From the NCBI GenBank assembly GCA_963713975.1, contig OY970218.1, positions 2,400,001 through 2,464,000 on the forward strand: a DNA stretch of 64,000 nucleotides, given 5' to 3'. Origin of the DNA: an uncultured Chloroflexia bacterium. GTDB lineage: Bacteria; Chloroflexota; Limnocylindria; Limnocylindrales; CSP1-4. Position numbers and translations under genes: made by a program. The notes under the pieces are model-generated. The model saw only the letters and a list, made by a program, of their open reading frames with translations, ran no database searches and was not told where the DNA came from. Every line of letters begins with the position of its first letter. The stretch's first letter is position 1. Of the stretch, positions 12,088 through 20,838 are shown in pieces.

Positions 12088-13851
12088 TCAGAGCCCGGCG
12101 ACCACCCGTCCCAGCGCGCGCCGGAATGCGACGCTCGACACGCCGCGCCACGCCGGGCCCACGGTCCGTCGCAGCCTCGCGAGCTCGCGCTCGCGGTCCA
12201 CGAGGTACCGACCGATCGCGGCACTCTCCGCCTCGGACAGGCGGCCCGCGTGTTCCACGAGGAACCCGCGCGCCAGGTTCGCGGCCACATCCGCGTCGTG
12301 CAGCCACCCCAGGTGGTCCTGGAGGGCCACGACCTTCTCGATCACCGGACCGGCCTCGCGTCCCAGTGCCTCGCGGACGAACTCCAGCGTATAGCGGAGC
12401 CACTTGGCGGCGATCCGAAGGTCGTGGAGGGTCGTCACGTCGGCCCAGCGCATGACCGGCTCGTAGGCGCGGACGACCTCGTACGCGGCCCAGATCCGGG
12501 ACGGCATCGTGTCTCGTACGCGGTGGGGCTCCGTGGGGCCAACGGCCAGCACGCCCGCTCCGTCCTCCTGAAGAAACTCCACGTAGCCGTCCATCCACTT
12601 CCGGTAGCGGTTGCTGTCCAGCTCCTTCAGCAGGACGATCCGGGCTGCCTCGCGCTGCGATCTCCAGCCCTGTAGCAACGGCTCGAACGCCTTGGCCTCG
12701 GGAGGGGCGAGGCGACGCTGGTACGCCACGCCGGCCTCGATCAGCACGTCCAGGTCCCGGACGCCGCCGAGGTCGCCCGCGACGAGCTTCAGGCGCCGGC
12801 GGTGGCGGTTGGTCCGCTCGGGATCGAATGCATCGCCGAAGACCCGCCACGCCGCCCGCTGGCGCCGCGTTGCGACCCGCATCCCGTGCAACTCCTCGGC
12901 GTCGTTGCCCGCACGCGTGCCTGCTTCCCGGGTGATCATCCGGGCCAGGTGGAACCGGAGGACCTTGCGCCCGGCTTCGGCGAGGTGGTCATCGCCGAGG
13001 ACGCCGGGGGTCTTGGGGACGATGAGCCTCGGCGGCTCCGGCACCGGCTCGACGATGGGCGCCACGACCTCGTCCACCTGGGGCGGCGCTGTGGCACCAG
13101 GATCGACTGGGTCCACGACGACCGCCGTCGGGGCGGCGGCTTCGGTCGGGACGTCCATCACCGGCACGCCGACCTCGCCATCCGCAGCATCGCCCGTGGT
13201 CTCGCGGCGGACTGCCTCCAGGGCGCGCTCGAGCTTGGACGTCTCTGCCGGCACCAGCTCCTCGACCTCGGACAGGAGGTCGACCAGGGGCTCCAGGGCC
13301 GTCTCGTTCCCCTCGCGGAGCTCCACCTCGAGCTCCGCGAACCGCTCGATCACCCGGTCCGCCATCACGACCTCCACGTCGTCCACCGAGAGCTCCACCA
13401 CCGTGCCGTCGATCCCGTACTCGCGCTTTCGCCGGAGCTGCCGGACGCGCACCAGCTCGGTCAGCGGCCGGTCGCCTGCGATGTTTAGCACGGCATCCCG
13501 CGCAGCCGATTCGGGCCACGCCGCCGCGCCCTGCCCGGCATCAGCCGGGCCCTCGAGCTCCTCGCGCCGGTGCGTCGCACCACCCACGTCCTGCCGGCGG
13601 AGGCCCTTGAGGGTGATCAGGGTGCCGTCGTCCTGGAGGCGGAAGCGCCCCGCATAGCCGGCTGCTGCGAGCGACCCATCCGCGGTATCGACGTACCGGT
13701 CCTCCTGGATCACCGTCTCGGACGGGGCCAGGGCCACGAAGCCTGCCAGGTCGCTGGCGGCGATCAGGCGGGCGCCCGCCTTCCCATCGGTCATCCGGTA
13801 CTTGAGCTCGATCTCCATGGGCCGGACATCCGCTCCCTCTGCTGCCGTCAT
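12088..13851 (-). CDS. CYTH-CHAD fusion protein (polyphosphate-associated)
   Basis: N-terminal EIELKY (ExExK CYTH motif) and ELEVEL. CHAD motifs LHGMRVATRRQR, LHDLRIAAKWLRY and LQDHLGWLHD. ATG at 13851 overlaps the ppk1 stop. Confidence 0.88.
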   Translation of the reverse strand: MTAAEGADVRPMEIELKYRMTDGKAGARLIAASDLAGFVALAPSETVIQEDRYVDTADGSLAAAGYAGRFRLQDDGTLITLKGLRRQDVGGATHRREELEGPADAGQGAAAWPESAARDAVLNIAGDRPLTELVRVRQLRRKREYGIDGTVVELSVDDVEVVMADRVIERFAELEVELREGNETALEPLVDLLSEVEELVPAETSKLERALEAVRRETTGDAADGEVGVPVMDVPTEAAAPTAVVVDPVDPGATAPPQVDEVVAPIVEPVPEPPRLIVPKTPGVLGDDHLAEAGRKVLRFHLARMITREAGTRAGNDAEELHGMRVATRRQRAAWRVFGDAFDPERTNRHRRRLKLVAGDLGGVRDLDVLIEAGVAYQRRLAPPEAKAFEPLLQGWRSQREAARIVLLKELDSNRYRKWMDGYVEFLQEDGAGVLAVGPTEPHRVRDTMPSRIWAAYEVVRAYEPVMRWADVTTLHDLRIAAKWLRYTLEFVREALGREAGPVIEKVVALQDHLGWLHDADVAANLARGFLVEHAGRLSEAESAAIGRYLVDRERELARLRRTVGPAWRGVSSVAFRRALGRVVAGL

Positions 13852-16019
13852 GCCCGCGGATCCATCGACCCGGCCTGCGCATGGGGCCTGCGCGGGACGT
13901 CGGCTTCGCCCGAAGCGGTGGCGGCGTCCTCCTTGAGGACGGCGAAGGTGTCGATCGTACCCTCGCGCGACGCAAGGACCTCCCGGCGCTGCCATTGACC
14001 GTCCGACTGCAGCTCCCAGGACCGCCGGTCGTCTGCCAGCATCACCTCGATGATGCGCGCCAGCCGCGCCCGGGACTCGTTGTCATCGACGGGGGTCACG
14101 ACCTCGACCCGTCGGTCCAGGTTGCGCTCCATGAGGTCCGCCGAGCCGATGTACCACTCCGGCCGCCCCGCGTTCGCGAACATCCAGATCCGGGAGTGCT
14201 CGAGGAACTCGCCGATGATGGATCTCACGCGGATGTTCTCGGACGCACCCTCAACACCGGGGACCAGGCAGCATGCGCCGCGCACGATCAGGTCGATCTC
14301 GACGCCTGCGCGGGAGGCCTCGTAGAGGGCCTCGATCACCTGGTTGTCGACGAGGGAGTTGAGCTTGAGCACGATGCGCGCCGGCTGACCGGCGCGGGCG
14401 GCCGTGGCCTCGCGCTCCACCATCTCCAGGAACCGTGTCCGCATCGTCATCGGTGCGACCAGCAGCTGGCGGAAGACGCGCTGGCGCGACAATCCGGTGA
14501 GGACATTGAACAGGTCGGTGACGTCCGCCCCCAGGTCCTCGCGGCACGAGAGGAGGCCCAGGTCCACGTACAGGCGCGCGGTCTTCGAGTTGTAGTTGCC
14601 GGTCCCGATGTGGACGTAGCGGCGCAGGCCGCTTCCCTCGCGGCGTACGACGAGCAGCACCTTGGAATGCGTCTTGAGGCCGACGAGGCCGTACACGACG
14701 TGGGCGCCGGCCTGCTCCAGGCGGCGGGCCCAGACGATGTTGTTCTCCTCGTCGAAGCGGGCCTTGATCTCGACCAGCACCACGACCTGCTTGCCACCCT
14801 CGGCGGCGCGGATCAGTGCCTGCACGACCGGAGAGTCGCCGGACACCCGGTAGAGGGTCTGCTTGATCGTGAGGACCTCGGGGTCGTCCGCGGCCTGGTC
14901 GATGAACCGCTCGACCGACGCCGTGAACGACTCGTACGGGTGGTGCACGAAGATGTCGCCGGCGCGCAGCTGGGCGAAGACGTCCGTGGGCTCGTCCTCG
15001 TCGGGCGGCATGAGGCGATGCGGGATGACCGGCGTGTGGGCCGGGGCCATGAGGTCAGGGCGATCGAGGCTCACCAGCTGCCAGAGCGCCGTGAGGTCGA
15101 GCATGCCCGCGACCTCGAAGGCGTCCTCCTCGCGTACGCCGGTGCCGTTGATCAGGATCCGGCGGGTGAGGTCCGGCATGGACCGCTCCACCTCGAGCCG
15201 GACCGCATGGCCGAAGCGCCGTCGGCGGATCTCCTCCTCGATCGCGAGCAGCAGGTCGTCCGCCTCGTCCTCCTCGATCGCGATGTCGGCGTCACGGGTG
15301 ACCCTGAACAGGTGCGTCTCGAGGATCTCCATGCCGCGGAACAGCTCGTCCAGGTTGGCCTCGATCACCTGGTCCAGCAGCACGAACTTGTCGCGCTCCA
15401 CCGCAAACAGCCGGGGAAGGATGGGCGGGATCTTGACCCGGGCGAAGCGCCGCTCACCGGTCTCGGGGTCCCGCAGGCCGACCGCGATCGAGAGGCTCAG
15501 GGTGCTGATATAGGGGAACGGGTGGCCGGGATCAACCGCGAGCGGGGTGAGCACCGGAAAGATCTCGTCGTGGAACCGGCGGCGGAGGGTTTCGTGGTGT
15601 TCCGGCACCTGGTCGTACTCGAGGATCTCCACGCCCTCGGTCGAGAGCTCCTCGCGGATCTGCGTCCAGATGTTGGAGTGCTCGGCCACCAGCTCCCGGA
15701 CCCGGAGCCTGATGGCGTCGAGCTGCTGGGCCGGGGTCAGGCCGTCCAGGCTGTGGTGCTGGCTGGCGGAAAGGTCCTGGCGGCGGAGGCCGGACACGCG
15801 TACCTGGAAGAACTCGTCGAGGTTGGACGCGAAGATCGCGAGGAACTTCACCCGCTCCAGCAGGGGGTTGCGGGAGTCCCTCGCCTCGTGGAGGACGCGC
15901 GCGTTGAACTCGATCCAGGACAGCTCGCGATTGAGGATCGGGCCCTTCTGGTCGCGAACGGCCCGCCGCCGACCGCGGCTGGCGACTCGAGGCCCGGGTG
16001 CTCGTCGAACGGTGGCCAT
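13848..16019 (-). CDS. ppk1: Polyphosphate kinase 1
   Basis: NRELSWIEFNARVL, NLDEFFQVRV, HHPYESF, KARFDEENN, LKTHSK, GTGNYN, FLEHSRI and SADLMERNLDRRVE motifs. Confidence 0.97.
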   Translation of the reverse strand: MATVRRAPGPRVASRGRRRAVRDQKGPILNRELSWIEFNARVLHEARDSRNPLLERVKFLAIFASNLDEFFQVRVSGLRRQDLSASQHHSLDGLTPAQQLDAIRLRVRELVAEHSNIWTQIREELSTEGVEILEYDQVPEHHETLRRRFHDEIFPVLTPLAVDPGHPFPYISTLSLSIAVGLRDPETGERRFARVKIPPILPRLFAVERDKFVLLDQVIEANLDELFRGMEILETHLFRVTRDADIAIEEDEADDLLLAIEEEIRRRRFGHAVRLEVERSMPDLTRRILINGTGVREEDAFEVAGMLDLTALWQLVSLDRPDLMAPAHTPVIPHRLMPPDEDEPTDVFAQLRAGDIFVHHPYESFTASVERFIDQAADDPEVLTIKQTLYRVSGDSPVVQALIRAAEGGKQVVVLVEIKARFDEENNIVWARRLEQAGAHVVYGLVGLKTHSKVLLVVRREGSGLRRYVHIGTGNYNSKTARLYVDLGLLSCREDLGADVTDLFNVLTGLSRQRVFRQLLVAPMTMRTRFLEMVEREATAARAGQPARIVLKLNSLVDNQVIEALYEASRAGVEIDLIVRGACCLVPGVEGASENIRVRSIIGEFLEHSRIWMFANAGRPEWYIGSADLMERNLDRRVEVVTPVDDNESRARLARIIEVMLADDRRSWELQSDGQWQRREVLASREGTIDTFAVLKEDAATASGEADVPRRPHAQAGSMDPRA

Positions 16020-16421
16020 CGATCCTCTTCGGGTGTGCTGCGGCCCGGAGAGCGGCACTCGATGACGGCCGCCACCCGGTCCCGGTCGGGCAAATCAGGA
16101 TACCACTCGCGACCTGCAGGTCCCGCCGAGGGCTCTCCGTCAACGGCCGGTCGCCAGGTGCGTCCGGGCACCTCGACGACTGTCCACACCATCGCTGGCC
16201 CCAGCCATGGCGCGGAACCCCGCAGCGCTCCATAGCGCATCGTCAGGATGGGCCCGGTAGGCGACCCGCATCTGGCGCTCGAACGTCGCAGCCGCGGCGC
16301 GGGTAGCCCGCGTGCGGCGGATCAGCAGCAGCCGTGACACCTCCGGCTCGTCACCCAGATGGTGTCAGCCCTCCCACGAAGGGAGCGCGTCTCGACGCCC
16401 AGGTCGACTGGGCCGCTCGGG

Positions 16422-16775
16422 TCAGCCTTCAGGGACGTACCGCCGCTCGCCCGTGGCCGGGTCCACCCAGACGCGCATCGGCACCGCCGTCGTCGGGTCC
16501 ACGAAACGCTCATCGGTTGGCCTGAACCGCGCATCCGGCGGAACGGGTTCGCCGCCGCCTCGACCGTGCCCGTCCCCGGTCTGCTCCGCTCGGAGCGATC
16601 GGTAGCGGGTCCGCTCCAGCAGGACGGCGGCGATCAGGATCGCGCCGGGAACGAACAGGAACAGGGCGGCCATCAGGCTTCCACCGGGACCCGTCACCGC
16701 CGCTGCGGCGATCCCGCCGAGCAGCAGCAGGACACCGAGCACGCCGACGAGACCTCGGGTGAGCGTGACGCCCAT
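16422..16775 (-). CDS. Small two-TM membrane protein
   Basis: Two hydrophobic helices, then a C-terminal RFRPTDERFVDPTTAVPMRVWVDPATGERRY segment; starts 5 nt after the ybjQ-like gene. Confidence 0.7.
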   Translation of the reverse strand: MGVTLTRGLVGVLGVLLLLGGIAAAAVTGPGGSLMAALFLFVPGAILIAAVLLERTRYRSLRAEQTGDGHGRGGGEPVPPDARFRPTDERFVDPTTAVPMRVWVDPATGERRYVPEG

Positions 16776-16779
16776 CGGC

Positions 16780-17124
16780 CTACTCGACTGTCTGCGGAGC
16801 GCCCGAATCCGCCTCGACCACGACCGCGGTCCCATAGGCCACGATCTCGGTCATCGTGGTGGCCATTTCCGACGAGTCGAAGCGCATCGAGATCACCGCG
16901 TTGGCGCCCACCATGACGGCGTTCTGCACCATCCGGTCGATCGCCTGGCGGCGGGTGTCCTCGAGCAGGCTGGTGTACTCGTGGATCTCGCCGCCCACGA
17001 CCGAACGGAGGCTTGCCACGAGGTTGCCGGCGACGCCGCGGCTGCGGACGACGAGGCCGAACACCTGGCCCTTGGTCTCGACGACGCGGTAGCCGGCGAT
17101 GAACGGCGTGGTGGCGATGATCAT
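16780..17124 (-). CDS. YbjQ/UPF0145 family protein
   Basis: MIIATT, GQVFGLVVRSRG, VGGEIHEYT, GANAVISMRFD and EIVAYGTAV motifs. Confidence 0.92.
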   Translation of the reverse strand: MIIATTPFIAGYRVVETKGQVFGLVVRSRGVAGNLVASLRSVVGGEIHEYTSLLEDTRRQAIDRMVQNAVMVGANAVISMRFDSSEMATTMTEIVAYGTAVVVEADSGAPQTVE

Positions 17125-17132
17125 CGGTCCCC

Positions 17133-17531
17133 TCACTCTCCCTGGCGTCGGGTGGGGTGGGTGGCCGCCCCGTCCGCATGGTCTGCGTGGCGCTGCTCTC
17201 GGACCCTCGTGCACCCGTCGCAGGGGCACATCTCGCGCAGCAGGTTGAAGGTGTGGTAGCCGGTCGCGTGGCCGTCCCCCCAGGTCGCCTGGATCGCGTA
17301 GCTGCCCACGAGCGCAACGTCCACGAGGCGCGTCTGCTCCGCGGTCAGCGTGGGATTGCTGTCCAGCCAGCCCGGCATACCGGCCTCACCACGACAGTAG
17401 GCGCACGGACACAGCCAGCGGAGCGTGACGGTGTCGTACTGGGTGACGTGGCCGTCGGCCCACTCCACGCGGAGCGTGCCGGCGGCGCGATTGGCGTCGA
17501 TCCGGGTGGGGGAGAAGGTTGGGTCCTGCAC
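17133..17531 (-). CDS. DUF971 / GBBH-N-like metal-binding domain protein
   Basis: WADGH, LRWLCPCAYC, VGSYAIQATWGDGHATG, and a second C-terminal CPCDGC. Confidence 0.85.
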   Translation of the reverse strand: MQDPTFSPTRIDANRAAGTLRVEWADGHVTQYDTVTLRWLCPCAYCRGEAGMPGWLDSNPTLTAEQTRLVDVALVGSYAIQATWGDGHATGYHTFNLLREMCPCDGCTRVREQRHADHADGAATHPTRRQGE

Positions 17532-17657
17532 CCCGCGATCGTAACCCCGGGCAGGGCGACCCGGAGCGAGCCGGTGCGGACTGGGACCATCACCGAGCGA
17601 CGGTCCGGGACTTTCCCCGAGTGGCCGCCGGAGATCGGGCCGCTATGCTCGCGGCGG

Positions 17658-18608
17658 ATGAGCCTCATCGTCGACCACCTGCACAAGCGGTTCGGGCCCG
17701 TCGTCGCCCTCGACGACCTCGCGTTCGAGGTCCACCCGGGCCAGGTGTTCGGATTCCTGGGCGCCAACGGCTCGGGCAAGACGACGACGATGCGCATCGT
17801 GATGGGTGTGCTGGAGCCGGACGCGGGTCGGGTCACGTGGGACGGCACGGACAGCCACCGCCTCCCTCGCTCGACGTGGGGCTACCTCCCAGAGGAGCGA
17901 GGCCTGTACCCGAGGATGACCGTCCTCGACCAGCTCGTGTTCTTCTCCGGGCTCCAGGGAGTGCCGTCGGCCCGCGCCAGGCACGACGCCCTCATGTGGC
18001 TGCGCCGGTTCCGTGCCGAGGACCTGGCGGGGCGCCGTGCCGAGCAGCTGTCCAAGGGCAACCAGCAGAAGGTCCAGTTCATTGCGGCGATCCTGCACGA
18101 CCCGCAGGTGCTGCTCATGGACGAGCCCTTCACCGGTCTGGATCCGGTCAACGTCATGCTCCTGCGGGAGGCCTTCCTCGAACTCCGGGACCGGGGGCGC
18201 ACCGTCGTCTTCTCCACCCACCAGATGGAGGTGGCGGAGGCGCTGTGCGAGTCGGTGGCGATCGTGGATCACGGGCGGATGGTGGTGGGCGGATCGCTGC
18301 GCGACGTGCGACGTGCGACCGGCCGGCGCATGGTGCGTATCTCGGTCGAGGCCGACTACCGGCTGCCATGGCTGGCACGCGTCCCGGGGACGCGCGTGAT
18401 CCAGGCGGGGGTGGACCGCTCGACCGTGGAGCTCGACGCCGGCGTCGAGCCCGATGCCGTCCTGGCGGCGGCGGTCGGTGCGGGAGCCAGGGTTCGGCAT
18501 TTCGAGGTCGCCGACCCATCGCTGGAGCAGATCTTCATCGACCTCGTGGGCCGTCCGGCCGATGCGGAGGTGCATCTCGCGCCGATGGCCGGCGAGGATG
18601 CCGCGTGA
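17658..18608 (+). CDS. ABC-2 exporter ATP-binding subunit (NatA-like)
   Basis: GANGSGKTT, GYLPEERGLY, LSKGNQQK, MDEPFTGLDP and PSLEQIF motifs. Confidence 0.92.
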   Translation: MSLIVDHLHKRFGPVVALDDLAFEVHPGQVFGFLGANGSGKTTTMRIVMGVLEPDAGRVTWDGTDSHRLPRSTWGYLPEERGLYPRMTVLDQLVFFSGLQGVPSARARHDALMWLRRFRAEDLAGRRAEQLSKGNQQKVQFIAAILHDPQVLLMDEPFTGLDPVNVMLLREAFLELRDRGRTVVFSTHQMEVAEALCESVAIVDHGRMVVGGSLRDVRRATGRRMVRISVEADYRLPWLARVPGTRVIQAGVDRSTVELDAGVEPDAVLAAAVGAGARVRHFEVADPSLEQIFIDLVGRPADAEVHLAPMAGEDAA

Positions 18609-19921
18609 GCGCCTCCGGTCGTGCCGCGGCGCGCAACGTGGGCCTCGTCGCGCGGCGCGAGTACACCGAGCGGGTCAGATCCCGGGCATTCCTGTTCTCG
18701 ACCCTGCTGATGGCCGGCCTGGCGGTCGTGATCGCCCTCATCCCGCTCGCCGTCCGCGTCGTGGACCGGGCAACGGTCACGCGCATCGCCGTTGTCGCGC
18801 AGGACCCCGTGCTGGGCGATCGTGCGGTGGCCGTGATGGACGGCTTCCTCAACGCGCAGCTGGACGGGAGCGCGGAGCAGACGAAGTCGTTCCTGTTCAC
18901 GCGGCTGGACGACGCTCGGGCGGCGGTCGACGGGGTCAGCGAGGGGAGCGTCGCGGGCACGGTGCTCATCGAGCGGACGACCGAAGGCCGCCTGGACTTC
19001 CGGGTGGTAACGGTCGGGGCACTCGGCCAGGACAGGGCACAGCTGCTGCAGATCGGCGCGTTCGCGGTCGGCATCCTGGACTGGACCGCCGCGCAGCCTG
19101 CCGGCCAGGACCCGTTCCTGCCCCCGACCTTCGCCGTCGTCGACGCGGGTGCGGTCGCGGGAGGCGGCTCGGGCGTTGCGATCGACACCGCCGAGTACGC
19201 CAGCCGCCGCATTGTCGGCATCGTGTTCGTGATGCTCGCGTTCCTGACGCTGGTGTTCTACGGCCTGTGGGTGGCGTCCGGCGTCGTGGCCGAGAAGGCG
19301 AGCCGGGTGATGGAGCTGCTGATCTCGGCCGCCACGGCGCGCCAGCTGGTGGTGGGCAAGATCCTTGGAATCGGGCTGTCCGGGCTGACCCAGGTGGCAC
19401 TGGTCCTGCTGCCGGCAATGGCCATGCTCCTCGCCTCCGGCCGCGTGGGCAGTGCGATGCTGGGCGAGGACGCGGCGGTGGGGGCGTCGCTGGGGGCGCT
19501 GTCGCCCGGCCTGCTCGCGGCGTTCCTCGTCTACTTCGTGCTCGGGTTCGCGCTCTATGCCGCGCTGTACGCGGGGGCGGGCTCGCTGCTGAGTCGGGCC
19601 GAGGACCTCCAGATCGTGGCGCTGCCGCTCTCGATTCCCGCCATCGCGGGCTACCTGCCGGCGGTACTCGCCCTGTCGGGCAGCACGTCGGGGTTCATCC
19701 GCTTCGCTTCCTACGTGCCGCTCTGGAGCCCGTTCGTGATGCTCGCTCGCCTGTCCGTGGGCTACGTCCCGCCCTGGGAGATCGCGCTGTCCTTGGGCCT
19801 GCTGATCGCGACGGTCCCGCTGGTCACGCTGCTCGCGATCCGGGTCTACCGGGCAGGGGTCGTGATGTATGGGCAGCCGCCGACCGCCGGCACGTTCCTG
19901 CGGGCCATTCGGGGCGGGTAG
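18605..19921 (+). CDS. ABC-2 exporter permease (NatB-like)
   Basis: GTG overlaps the upstream stop. VARREYTERVRSRAF, VVAEKASRVMELL and GKILG motifs; multiple TM helices. Confidence 0.9.
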   Translation: MSASGRAAARNVGLVARREYTERVRSRAFLFSTLLMAGLAVVIALIPLAVRVVDRATVTRIAVVAQDPVLGDRAVAVMDGFLNAQLDGSAEQTKSFLFTRLDDARAAVDGVSEGSVAGTVLIERTTEGRLDFRVVTVGALGQDRAQLLQIGAFAVGILDWTAAQPAGQDPFLPPTFAVVDAGAVAGGGSGVAIDTAEYASRRIVGIVFVMLAFLTLVFYGLWVASGVVAEKASRVMELLISAATARQLVVGKILGIGLSGLTQVALVLLPAMAMLLASGRVGSAMLGEDAAVGASLGALSPGLLAAFLVYFVLGFALYAALYAGAGSLLSRAEDLQIVALPLSIPAIAGYLPAVLALSGSTSGFIRFASYVPLWSPFVMLARLSVGYVPPWEIALSLGLLIATVPLVTLLAIRVYRAGVVMYGQPPTAGTFLRAIRGG

Positions 19922-19966
19922 GGTGCCTCCAGCTCCGCGGGTCCCCCGGAGGCTCGATCCCGGCCA

Positions 19967-20743
19967 CTATTGGTCCGCAGTCTCCTCGTCGAATGGCAGC
20001 CGGCGGAACAAGGCCAGCACCGGGGCCGTGCCGGCGGCGGGCTCGGGCCCAGCGTTCGGTGAGCCGGACGAGGTCACGGGTGCCGTACCTGCCGTCGCGG
20101 GTGCCGTACCGGGTGCCGCGGCCAGGATCGACCGCCACAGCGTGCTCCGGACACCGGGCAGGTACGGGCTGGTGCGCCGCCGTGCCAGCACCCCGGCGAT
20201 GCCCTGCGCGGACACGGCGGCATGAAGCGCCAGGCCCTCCCCGGTGATGGCAGGGACCATCACCACCTCGTCGCCGGGACGGAGGATCCTCCGCAGGACC
20301 ACCCGCCGCTTGTCCAGCGCCTGGTCGAGGAGCCACCGCCCGTCGAGGTGCAGCAGGTCGAACACCAGGAACGCGACCGGGCGTCCCGGGATCCCCGACA
20401 GCCGTTCGCGGAGGGCGGTGTCATCGGCGCGCCCCTGCGCATCGACCACCACCAGCTCCCCGTCCATCACGGCGGACCGCGCCGCGATCCGCACCGCCAG
20501 GCCGGCCAGCTCCGGGAGATGCGCGCAGAGATCGACACCCCGCGCGTCCACCACCCGCACGCTCCCGTCACCCTGCGATGCACCCGGCTCCACGAACGCC
20601 AGCACCCGGTGCCCGCCCCAGGTGGGCTCGAACAGCCAGTCAGACGAGTCGAATGGGTCCGCCAGGGGTGTCGGCCACATAGGCGCCACGGCGCCCGGGC
20701 GTGGGAGCGCCGGCTCGATCCGGAAGGAGAGCTGCTCGGCCAT
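19967..20743 (-). CDS. LigD/LigC-like ATP-dependent ligase adenylation-domain protein, apparently catalytically inactive
   Basis: Retains APM..T...PF....WLFE, DGELVV, FDLLHLDG and SPYLPGVRS..W. However, KxDG reads TWGG, EG..K reads AG..R, and there is no OB domain. Confidence 0.75.
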   Translation of the reverse strand: MAEQLSFRIEPALPRPGAVAPMWPTPLADPFDSSDWLFEPTWGGHRVLAFVEPGASQGDGSVRVVDARGVDLCAHLPELAGLAVRIAARSAVMDGELVVVDAQGRADDTALRERLSGIPGRPVAFLVFDLLHLDGRWLLDQALDKRRVVLRRILRPGDEVVMVPAITGEGLALHAAVSAQGIAGVLARRRTSPYLPGVRSTLWRSILAAAPGTAPATAGTAPVTSSGSPNAGPEPAAGTAPVLALFRRLPFDEETADQ

Positions 20744-20838
20744 CGCGACCCGATGGTAGCCCGTCCTCCGGAGATAGACTGGCCGCAATCCCGCCGCCAG
20801 CCCCACCAAGGGCACGCTGCGCCATCCGGAGGATTCCG

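Noticed and set aside
13881-16235. 784-aa plus-strand ORF
   Set aside because: Antisense shadow of ppk1.
16140-16340. 66-aa ORF upstream of ppk1
   Set aside because: No recognisable motif, and the GGAGG abuts the start codon. Not supportable as a gene without homology data.
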